This document shows, one piece after another, positions 36,324 to 46,857 of a stretch of DNA of 64,000 nucleotides. The translations under genes and the position numbers were made by a program. Positions within the stretch are counted from its first letter, which is position 1. Each line of letters starts with the position of its first letter. A model generated the notes under the pieces. That model did not search any database. It saw only the letters and a program-made list of their open reading frames with translations, and was not told where the DNA came from. This DNA is from Yuukianura sp. NJ FZ-2021. Lineage: Eukaryota. The stretch is taken from positions 1,550,001-1,614,000 of the forward strand of contig CM102285.1 in the NCBI GenBank assembly GCA_046563655.1, read 5' to 3'.

Positions 36324-37682
36324 ATGTTGTCGTTCAAACAGCTCATTATTGTTGTTGTGTTATCTGCCAACCTTTGCAGAAGTTTTGCTACTGAAACAAA
36401 AGTAGTAGAGTACGGCGAGAAATGCAAAACATTACAGGATTGCAACAGAACCTTGGGACTGTATTGCAACAACGGTGCTTGCGCATGTCTAGGTAACATG
36501 CACTTCAACAAAGAAACTAAAAAATGTACTGCGAGGGTTGGCGATATCTGTAAGTATCCACCAGGATTTGAATCCAACAATGTTGATTATGCATGTCCGC
36601 CTCACGCAGAGTGTGAACCTAGTCAAGATGTGTACCGAACCGTAGTTATCCCGAAATCAATTCAAAGAATCGTCAATTTGCTACGATCAACGCATGGAAG
36701 TTCTACTTGCACTTGCAAAACAGGATACGCGCCAGATTTAAAACGAGAGTCATGTGTGGCTTCTGTTCAATACGGAAAGGAATGTTCTGCAAAGTCAGCC
36801 GCTAAGTGCGACGTTAGCATGGGCCTGATTTGTAGCCCGGAAAAAACTTGTACCTGCCGTGAAGGATTTCACTTTGACATGAAGTTGCAACGATGCGCCA
36901 AAAAACTTGGAGCAAACTGTACCATGGAAGAGCAATGCGAAGAAGGCACCGTTTGTTCTCTCTACCTTGTACAATACAGAGCATTTCTTTACCGATACCA
37001 GTCCAGAATTGCATATACGGCTCTCAAACAATGGGAAAATGTGGGTCATTGCGTTTGCGCTCCAGGGACGACGCCAAATGCCGATGGCGCATGCGTCGGA
37101 AACTTCCGGGCAGCTTGTTCAGACGAAGAACCGTGTCACACTGCAGGATTCCTTAGCTGCGTCGACTCCATTTGCCAATGTGATAACGGAATGTCGTCTG
37201 TTTTTGAAGATGATGAGCATGGCGGAAGTTGCCGAGTTGTGGTTGGAGGAGCATGCTCAGAAAAAGGACCGAAATGTACTGGCAATGCGACATGCGTAGA
37301 CGGCCACTGTAAAGTTCAGTGTGAAATTGGATTGGCTCCGACACCACTGGGAACTTGCTTGGCAACGCACGATAAATCCTGCGACGTTGCAACCGGGAAA
37401 CTTTGCAACTACTTTGAAGGACTTGCGTGTGTGAACAAAAAATGTTCCTGCTTTGACTCTTCGCTGACTTGGAACAAAAAGGCAAACTTGTGTGTGGCAA
37501 AAGTAGACGAACATTGTGGGAGATTCAAAATTTCAGATGCGGATATTGGCGCTATTAGTACATCCGACCCGCTCTATGCTCTTGGAACGTCAGGAGCTGA
37601 ACTATACATAGCAGGATGTGAGGACGGTACAACTTGTTTTAACGATGTTCTAACGGATTTAAATATTTGTAGAAAACACTGA
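36324..37682 (+). CDS. Intronless secreted Cys-rich protein with repeated EB/EGF-like modules
   Basis: Signal peptide MLSFKQLIIVVVLSANLCRSFA and repeated YGE.C....C....GL.C..G.C.C modules. No TM helix. Confidence 0.85.
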   Translation: MLSFKQLIIVVVLSANLCRSFATETKVVEYGEKCKTLQDCNRTLGLYCNNGACACLGNMHFNKETKKCTARVGDICKYPPGFESNNVDYACPPHAECEPSQDVYRTVVIPKSIQRIVNLLRSTHGSSTCTCKTGYAPDLKRESCVASVQYGKECSAKSAAKCDVSMGLICSPEKTCTCREGFHFDMKLQRCAKKLGANCTMEEQCEEGTVCSLYLVQYRAFLYRYQSRIAYTALKQWENVGHCVCAPGTTPNADGACVGNFRAACSDEEPCHTAGFLSCVDSICQCDNGMSSVFEDDEHGGSCRVVVGGACSEKGPKCTGNATCVDGHCKVQCEIGLAPTPLGTCLATHDKSCDVATGKLCNYFEGLACVNKKCSCFDSSLTWNKKANLCVAKVDEHCGRFKISDADIGAISTSDPLYALGTSGAELYIAGCEDGTTCFNDVLTDLNICRKH

Positions 37683-38530
37683 ATTGATCTGTCCTATTAA
37701 AATGTGGCTTAAAAATTAACTCGACAATTTATTTGCAAATAAAAAAAGTGAAAATACAACCGAACTGAATTTGAACAATTTGATTGTCTAATTTTCATTA
37801 AAATACTAAAAGAATGTAAACCACGTAATGCCATCTCGCATCAACCCGCAAAATTTTTACTTTTACATTTAATTTAAGTTAATACATTTACTGCAAGATA
37901 GCTTTTAAATACTTATATAAGTAAATTATATACAATAAATATTCATGGTAGTACATAAACTAAACTGATATAACTTTAATTTGTACGTTGTATAATATTA
38001 ACTGTTGGCCGCAGAAGAGAATTTTTCGTATACTTTCATTGCGTGGGTACAAATGTTGAGTCAAGTCTGTACTTCAACCAGAACATGCGAAATTTTTATT
38101 TTTGAAAATTGCTCACGCCCACGCCACGAGTGTTAGTCAAAAAAATAAAGACAAAGGAATGGAAACTGTCCTAAAACGCTAACCAACTTTATTTCGGGTG
38201 GTGCGACTTGAAGGAAAGTGAGTTACGTGCATATTAATTCGTAGTTAATTAATGTGTACGTTGCATAAATTCATATAGGAACTTTATTTTTTAGGACTTT
38301 CCAAGATACCCAGCTGATGAAGGGAAGGGACTTATTCAGTTGATTTGACTTGGTTGTAACTGCAACACTGATGTTCCTGTTGAGGTAGAACGCAGATAAT
38401 CGGATCTGTGCTGAACTGACCTCTTGGCCTTGTTTTACGCTTGGTACGGATTGGAACTGCATTGCTCAGGACCGACGACCGAGTCGACGGATTGTGTAGC
38501 GTGGTCGGATTCAGCAACCAAGGTGCAAGA

Positions 38531-40032
38531 ATGGCTGACGAAGTACAGTGTGTGATATGCATAGATTTTTACTCAGGTCAGTAGTTTCATTGCGAAGGAG
38601 TTGAGTGTTAAACACGATGTATTTATGATATAGATTTATTTATCAACTGTCCTGTGATGTAAAATCGTTTCTGATTTATTGCAGATCGAGAGAATGACTC
38701 CTTCATTGTCGCATCATGTGGACACTTGTACCATAAATTTTGCATCGACGAAGAACTTCGAAGACGTCCCAGGTATGATTTGCTTTTCCTTCTCTTTTGC
38801 GAGCTTAGTATAGTTGCGAAGTTTGTCGAATTTAAGTTTACTTTTAAAGGTGTCCAGTGTGTTCAGCCAGTTTAGATAAAAGTAACTTCCGGACGATCTT
38901 TGGAGTTGTTCCCAAGAAAAGGTATACACTCTCCTTTTTTTACTAATTCTTAATTGTTCTCGGTAGATATTACATTTCCGTTCTTATTATCACAGCATCA
39001 AAACTTTCAAAATTACTACGGTGGGTGATGCTGGAGTTGGGAAAACATGTCTTCTCAAAAGATATTGCGTAAGGAAATATTCCAAGAAGGCGATTTTAAT
39101 ATAAATCTAAATCTAAAACTGCTAATGAATCATGTTTTTTTTCAAATTACTATTTTGTAAATAATTTGTGTTTTTCTAATTGACTTTTAGAGAGACGCGT
39201 TTCACGAGCACGAGCGTCCCACTATCGGAACAGACGTGGTAAGGATCAACGTTAACTTCAGGATTTTTGAACTTCTAGGAAGACTATGACACTATGAAAT
39301 GTTGATTAATTTGACAGCTTAGCAAAACTGTGACTATCGGAGATGAGGACGTCAAATTGTCCATTGTAATCAATCACATCCCAACTTATTATTACCACGG
39401 TTTGAATTTTTAGTTTTATAAATAATGGAATACTTGTGTTAATAGTGGGATACCGCAGGACAGGAAGCTCACAGATCCATCACTCCACAATATGTACGTG
39501 ATTCTCAAGGGATTGTTCTTGTATACGACACTCTACATTCAGAGACACTTGAGAACTGCTGGGAATGGTTTCAAGTTGCGAACGAACATGCACCAAACGC
39601 AATCAAAATTCTTCTGGGATCAAGGAAAGATTTGACGTCGTGCTCATTCTTTGTTGAGCGAGGTGTTTGCCCATACTGTAATCGAAGTCCCTGTCCACCC
39701 AACAAATGCCATCCACCGACAGTTAAACAAATTGAGGTAGGACTTGACCTTCTACGCCTTTTGTGCCAATTTCAATACAAAAGTTTATTTTTGAACCTCC
39801 ATACGTCTTACAGGACATGGCAGCCCGGATGGGAGTGAAATTTTTTGAAACTTCTGCCAAAACTGATATGAATTTGGACATTGCCTTCCGGACACTCGTT
39901 GGGCAAATTCTATCAAATCGACACTTGGTCCGTGAAGCAATCAAGAACGATTCTACCCGTCGTCGAATTATTTTAGAATCTGCCAACGATGACAACCACG
40001 GCAAAGACAAATGTTGCAACTGCAACACTTGA
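38531..40032 (+). CDS. RING-H2 finger / Rab-family small GTPase fusion protein (about 294 aa); exons 38531-38576, 38685-38772, 38850-38921, 38996-39068, 39191-39238, 39318-39365, 39446-39736, 39814-40032
   Basis: All seven introns are GT-AG with matching phases. CVIC-X16-CGHLYHKFC-X10-CPVC is followed by GDAGVGKT, PTIGTD, KLSIWDTAGQE, RSIT, LVYD, GSRKD, FFETSAK and a C-terminal CCNCNT. Confidence 0.85.
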
Positions 40033-40493
40033 GTATTTAGGATTTAGTGCGAGTGACTTTATTTACCTGTGACAGAGACACAGTGTGACACGACTTAACT
40101 TGGGAGCAATGACTTTACCAGAAGCCTTTACTTGTATTTCATAAAGTAACTTGCCTTTAAACTTTTTATATTTGCAGAAATTGACACAACTAATTGTCCA
40201 ATAGCGCTGGCCATCCAATAACGAAACGAGGGTCTGAAGTTGAGCTCAATTTTTAATGTAAGATAAGTCTTTCAACTTTTTAGAAAACACAGGCACCTAC
40301 TACTGTATCCTTCCACTCTTGGCTGCTTGTTTAGCGTTAACTTAGATTTAAGTAGTATACTGTCCTCTAAGACACTATTTGGTACTACAGATTATGACAA
40401 CTAAAGTTATTTTATTTAGACATTAAAGTTTTAACCAAAGACTTTTGTTAATTTGACATAATGTTTTTTTTAATCTAACGAATTGACTTAATT

Positions 40494-40956
40494 TTTTTTT
40501 TTTTTTTTTTTGGAGAGTTAATTGACATTAGCATTTAGCTTTATCAACAGGGGTAGGGAATTTCTGGGTTGGGTTGAGGTCCTATGAGGTGGGGCGGTGG
40601 TACAGTCAGATAGTTGGCGAGAAGTTCTGAGGGAAGGACGAAAGGCTTTCTGCTAGAGCTGAACGGGCTAGGGCCCTACCACATATCACAGCTCCAGGCA
40701 AGTGACAGGAACAGCATCGTACGCATACCGGCCCACGACCCCCTCCACAACAGCAACTACTGACCTTTTCACACGCACCCATAACCCCCAAACTGACCTA
40801 TCATCCGAACACCCCATCTGGGCTAGGAAAGTGGAAAAACCATTTCTGGAAAACGACTTTCGTGTCGGCGACGCCGGGACTCGAACCCGCGCCCGTCCAA
40901 GGTGTTAGTAGGATAGAGCCGGAGCTCTAGTCCCCCCGGCCTACGGGCCTTGGACT
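40494..40956 (-). mobile_element. tRNA-derived SINE with poly(A) tail
   Basis: TSD gaattgacttaatt at 40480-40493 and 40957-40970. The poly-T run on the + strand is the tail. The GC-rich head has the B-box GGGTTCGAGTCCC on the minus strand. Confidence 0.88.
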
Positions 40957-41099
40957 GAATTGACTTAATTAAGACGTCTTTTTTGAATGTATTTTTTAGT
41001 TGTCAATTCCGGCCAAAACACGATTGAGGGCCGGAATTGCAATTTTTACTGTGCATTTTACATTTGTTTTAAATAAGTTTATTCATAGTTGACTTTTGT

Positions 41100-42806
41100 T
41101 TATTTTGAAAGCGAAAGTACAATTGCTTTCGTTTCTTCAACAATGTCGTCAAGAACTGCGGCAACGGCGTCTTCCGATGGACAAAGACTTTCCGAAATTG
41201 AGAGTCGAATCCCAACTTCATTCTCGAAAATGGACAGGTACACAAAGATTCCTGTGAAGAAACAACCAAATTTCGGTTTTAAACATTTTCAAAATTTCAA
41301 AATCAAAATTCATCTATCCTACGAACATTTCTCGAATCCTGACTTTTCACACCGCTTCAGATCACGGGAAAACTGGGCGTGAAAGTTAAGTATTCAGAAT
41401 TTATGAAAAGTCAATCTGTCTTTGTGAACATTTGAAAGCTTCACGAACTCTCTTTGCACTCGTTACAAGTTTCGAAATTTTGAAATTCTCAAAAGTTTTC
41501 GCAACTTTGTCTTACCCGCTGTTCCTGGCATTGGTCCAGCGAAGTTGTAAAATTCCAGAACTTGAGCCCTGGATGCGCATACGGTGTAGTGTTTATTTGG
41601 CAAATGATCTTCAGTGTACACTCCCGTTGCTTGCCATGACCTCACAATGATTCGCTGAAGTGACCTTGGAAGGACACCGATTGCTTTGTAACTCATGTGA
41701 TACGTCCACGGTAAAACAGAATTTTTACTTTCCTTTAAAAAATTCATCGTTTTGTCCAATCGTTCTGCTTTATTTGGAATTCCAGTAAAAAGGCGGTTGA
41801 AAGCCAACGAGCTTCGATTTTTCTGGCTGTACCCCATGCGCGGCAGAAAAATCGGTTGGAACAAGTGCAGAAAAGGCGGGATTTCCATCTTTTTTGAAAT
41901 CATGAACCTCCGAATTCCGCCGGCAACTCCGGTCAAAATGACGCCCGTCCTAAACATTTCAAGTTCCATTCCCGCGGGAATTTTCAAAGGCGAAATCCCT
42001 CCAAGTGGAATGCGGTTGCTCAGAAACACGGTTTTGCGTTTGCGTGATAATTTTTTAGCGGGAAGATGCAAATCGTTTGAATCATAAGCGGAGATGTAAT
42101 TGTCCATCATTGTGTACGGTAGTTTTAGGACTTGCGCAATCGAAACTTTCGGGAATGGCTCGGCCATATTTGCATGTTCATTGAACAGTTTCAGCGCAAT
42201 TCCAATTCCTTCAGCGTCGCCTAAGCAGTGATGCATGCTCAAAATTATGACAGTCACTGTACCCCTTCCAGAAAAAGTAACGTTTGGATACAAAATGATT
42301 TTCCACGGACTCGTAGCTGGAGGCCAAGGATCGTCTGATAACACATAAGTAGTGATTTTCGGCAAATCCTGTTCGGTCAAGGGCGTTTTGTCCTCGGTAA
42401 TGTGCCGACGAAGGTCAAAGTTCGTTTCGTCCTTCCAGAAACTAAAACCGAGCCAAGGAACCGGGTATTTCGTTAATTCCGGATACGGTACTACCGGTTT
42501 GGCCAAAGTTTTGTCCAATACCAAACTTCTGCCGACGGCTTCTAAAATGTCGTCCACCGAAACTTCTCCGTCGAGTGAAATGCATCCACCAATATTTGCT
42601 TTCGGGATATCTCGGTCCAAGTCGGGTGTCCACATTGAACTTTCGTGGTGAACTAAGCCTTTCAAGTCTGGTCGAAATATTTTTGCTAATTGAGCAACAA
42701 TTTGACGCCAAAGTGCGAAAAGTAAAACTAGGATTACCAGAAGAGGAAAAATGGCGGAAACACAAATTGTACTGAAAATTATTAACATACGTCTACTTTC
42801 TGCCAT
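41100..42806 (-). CDS. Wax ester synthase/DGAT (WS/DGAT)-like acyltransferase; exons 42806-41516 and 41251-41100
   Basis: HHxxxD motif (MHHCLGDAEG), FWKDETNFDLRRHI, PWKIILY, and an N-terminal hydrophobic anchor. The phase-1 intron gives a C-terminal GIFVYLSIFENEVGIRLSI. Confidence 0.78.
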
Positions 42807-43755
42807 TTTTTCTACAAAGTGTAACAAAAATTTTTTGTTAAGTATGTTGATAATTTCAACAAAATTGATTTCGGAATCAGAAACAATCGCTTCGGTCACA
42901 TTAAAACGCACAAATCGACTGTAGCTCCAGAGCAGGAAAACTGAAATGTTTTTATATCGATGAAATTTTCAAAATCACAACAACAATAAATACAACGACA
43001 ACAAATTTTTTACTAAGAAGTTTGTACGTTTGGAGAATTCCATGAAGGAAATACATTAGTATGTAAATGTAAGTATTACATAAGGTTGGGATATCAAGAG
43101 GAAACAAGTTTTTATTATTCAAAAGAAACGACGCAACAATTGCCAAACAAAGGCAAAAAACTTTATTTTCCAAAGAATCGAAGGAAAACGGAATTAAAAT
43201 TTGAGTTATTCTGTGAATTACAAGTTATAGTACTTTAATTAACGATTTGTAAAGCAGAATGACAGTTTCTGGAATCGGATTTTGCATGAAGACGTTTAAC
43301 TGCGGTTTGTTACATAACTAGACCGCAATTTTTTTTAGTTTTTCAACTAGAAAAGAACAAATGAACGTTGAAATTTTTCAAACTTTAAACACATTTAAGG
43401 CAAAGTTGATTGCTGTTTCAGTTATAGCGAAGCAGTTCCTAGATGATTGAAAAAAGTCTTTTGATTTAACAAAATATGAAATTCAGGTTGATGTTTCAAC
43501 CGTGCAAAACCAGGTTAAGTTACAATAAAACCTTGAAACCACCAAACTCGTTTTTAGTTATCTCTGTGGTAATTGTTTACTCTGACCAAGATTAGAGGCT
43601 ATACAGACACACTATGCTGCGAATTTAACAGGGAAGTCTCGTCACCGCAATTTTGAAATGGCAGTGCTGGTGTAACAAGTGTCAGTTACATTTTTTGTTC
43701 TTTCCAATTAGTATTTTCTGAATTTGAGAAATTGAAATTAAAAGAAATTTAAAAC

Positions 43756-46629
43756 ATGGAGACAAGGCTACTGCATAATGCAAACTCGTCAAGTGTCCAC
43801 AAGTTCACAAAGGATCAAAAAACATTTTTAGTTCTATTTGGAGTGATTAGCTTTATGTACAACATAATTTACTCAATTACAGCTCCTCTTTATCCTCCTG
43901 AGGTTTGTACCTTTATGCAACTTTAACTTTGTATAATATTAATATTCGCCTTTTTTTGAAAATTGCTTGTACATATGATGCATGTATAGTATATTAATTT
44001 ACTAAACACATAATTACATAGTATATTTATATACATACATAATTATGTCATATTTGACTAATTTTATTAATTAATTCGTTTTTGATGTAATTTGATGGTT
44101 TTGGAATTAGGCAACGCTCAAAGGCTTAAGCGCATCAGAATTTGGATCGTTGATGGCCCTCACCTGCGGTTCCATTGCAGTGTCAACGTTTTTTCTACCA
44201 AAGGTATGATTGAAAAATTTGTAGACGTTTTCTAAAATTTTACTTTTTTATATTTTAAGATGGAAAAATTTGGACTCAAGTTTTGTCTTGTACTTGGTAT
44301 TTTCGTGAGTGGTACAGGCGCAATGTTAATGGGGTATGTCCTGAACAAAATTTGAAACCAATACTAAAATAATAACTTAATGGTTTCAAAAATCATAAAT
44401 TAAATAATTGTTAAACTTGGTCAATTACCTTTAGAGTACTTCACTTCTTACACTCCTGGATGTTTATAACGGTGTCTGCAATTGCGTTCATCGTTGGTGG
44501 ATTTGCAGGGGCACTCTACTTGTCTTCTACTTACATTCTCTGTATGACAGTATTTCCTACAAGAACTGCTGTTGCTGTAGTAAGTGCTCAATTAAAATTT
44601 GTAGTATAGGTCAGTAAGTTACTAAATGCTTCAGAGAAAAGTTTATAGGAGGAATTGTTTTGAAATTTTGACAATTTAGCGTTTTAGAGTCGAGTTTTTA
44701 TTAATGTTCAGAATGTTGCGCGTAATACGTGAGCCGTGGTGTATCATGAACTTAGAATGTGACTAATACAAAGCCTGTATCTAACCAGATTCAAACCAAG
44801 GGTTTATGACAACAAAAAGTTAATTTCTTTAACAAGTTGGGTACTATCTGGCTTGTTGACAAAAAAAAATAAAAACAAAAATTGTTATAGTTTTAGTCTC
44901 CAAAAATTTGGTACCAATTTGTATGCAAAATTTTAAAAAATTGGCTGTATTGTTATGGCTACGATGCCCCGAACTAAAAAGATAATTTTATTTACAAATC
45001 AAAAATGCATGAACAATTACCCAACCTGTTATAGACAATCAAAGTCAAAAAACCTTGTATCAACCTATTAATTTGAAATATTTTTTTTTTGTTACAACAG
45101 GGTGTTATTGAGGGTGGTGTATTGGCGGGAGCTTCAATTGGACCACTCATGAGCGAGATTATTTATACCTATATTGGATACACACCAACTTTTGCATTCT
45201 ACGGTTTAGTTCAAATAGCTAATGGATTTATAGTGGCTTTAGTATTGCCAGAAATCCCGCCGTTTTCTGGTACGTTTCCAACTTTTCTGGAAATTGTACG
45301 CGGGTACGTCGACATTTCAAAATTTCCAAGCGTTATTCTCTTTGCCACAAGCCTTATGGCGCTACAACTCAGTATGGATTTCCTCTCTCCAATATTGGAA
45401 CCAGCGTTACGACCAGTAAGTCGAGCTATAATTTTAATTTTTGAAGAAATATTCAAAAATTGTAATTTCCTGTGTTTTTTTTTGTTTTAGTACAATTTGA
45501 CCCGAATTGGTGTGGGTCTAACATTTTTTAGCCTTGGAGCACCGCAGCTACTCGGAATGTTTTGGGGAATTCTTCTGGACAAACTCAAGCGTCCAGAAAT
45601 ATGTTTAATGGGAAGCAGTTTTATGATTGCCATCGCTGCGCTGATTTTGAGCTTAACAATCAATACGTTAGTTTTCTACTTCTAACGTAGTGACTTTTGA
45701 CATATAACATCAAGGATGCTATAGCAACGAAATAGTTTTCTCTTAACAGGTTAGGCAATAAGTCCTGTTTTCGAAAAATCTTGAGTCAAACAATGTTTTC
45801 TGCCTTTTTAGTTTTTTTCTACTTTTATTCCTTTTCTACTCTAAATTTGCCAATTCAAAAGCCATATCTCTCCGAACTTCTTCATTCCGTATACCAACCG
45901 CGATTGAAAGTACGTAAATTCAGTTTTGAAAATTTTTCGCAAAAAACTTAAAACTCGAGTTATTGCCTAACCTGTTAAAGAAAAGTATTTCTTTGTTTAT
46001 CCACCTTGCATACCATGTATCACCGAATTGTGATATTTCGATACTACGCATAATTTTTTCTGGTTTAGGAGTTACGCTGGACTGGTATTAGGCCTGTTGC
46101 TTTACGGACTTGGTCTGGGAATGATGGATGTGTCATCCATGTTTAACTTCCAGTTGGAGGTCAAGTGAGGTCAAGATCATCTATGAGCAGCCTAACCTAG
46201 TGAAATTTTACAATAGTAACTTTAACAATTGACTTTTGCAGGGAAAAAAGGCGTGACCATTCAGCAACAATCAACTTTAGTTTTATTGGAGTCGTTTATG
46301 CATTCATGACTGGAGCTGGAGGTTTACTGGCGCCTGTAATTTCAGGCTCTTTGTATGACCTTTGTGGATTCTCAAATACATTGTTGTTTATTGTTGCCAC
46401 ACATTCAACACTGGTATGTTTCAAAAACTTGTTCTTTTAAAAAAACTAATTTTAAAAAGTTCAATTTTTACATTACTTTATGTTACACTGGATGGCTTGA
46501 ATTGCAAAATAGTAAACTCTTTGTGTTTATTTGCAGGGTGTGCTGATCATTCTGTACTCCGTACACAACAAATGTCGAGTTCGGTCAATACTGCAATTTG
46601 GTAGTGCAGATTATGAAGAAATTGAGTGA
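43756..46629 (+). CDS. SLC18B1-like MFS transporter, about 9 exons
   Basis: YSITAPLYPPE|ATLKG, GASIGPL...GYTPTF, DFLSPILEPALR, GGLLAPVISGSLYDLCGF, with multiple TM segments across GT-AG exons. Confidence 0.82.
44797..45057. mobile_element. CAAGG-terminal MITE (same family as 9245-9512, inverted)
   Basis: Termini caagggtttatgac...gtcaaaaaaccttg. The internal ttggtaccaatttgtatgcaaaa matches the reverse complement of the 9375-9400 region. Confidence 0.7.
45711..46008. mobile_element. Related CAAGG-terminal MITE
   Basis: caagg...ttaacaggttaggcaataa / ttattgcctaacctgttaa...ccttg. Flanks tataacat / cataccat (6/8 match). Confidence 0.68.
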
Positions 46630-46857
46630 AATCAAGTTAGTTGTTTTACACATTTTCTAGTCAATTTTACTTTCTTAAAGTTATTTGTTTTTTTACTTTC
46701 AAACCCTATGTTTTATTGCCACTAGAAGAAATATGATGTGAAACTTTCCTGGAAGTTCTTTTATAGTAACATTAAATTCACAAATGATGTGAAAAAGTGT
46801 ATGATTTCGAAAAACAAAGAATTAAAGCTTTAAACAATAAAATTTTAAACTGAAAAA

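Noticed and set aside
40860-40950. tRNA gene
   Set aside because: Only a B-box/T-arm matches; no cloverleaf; it is bounded by a TSD and poly(A), so it is a SINE.
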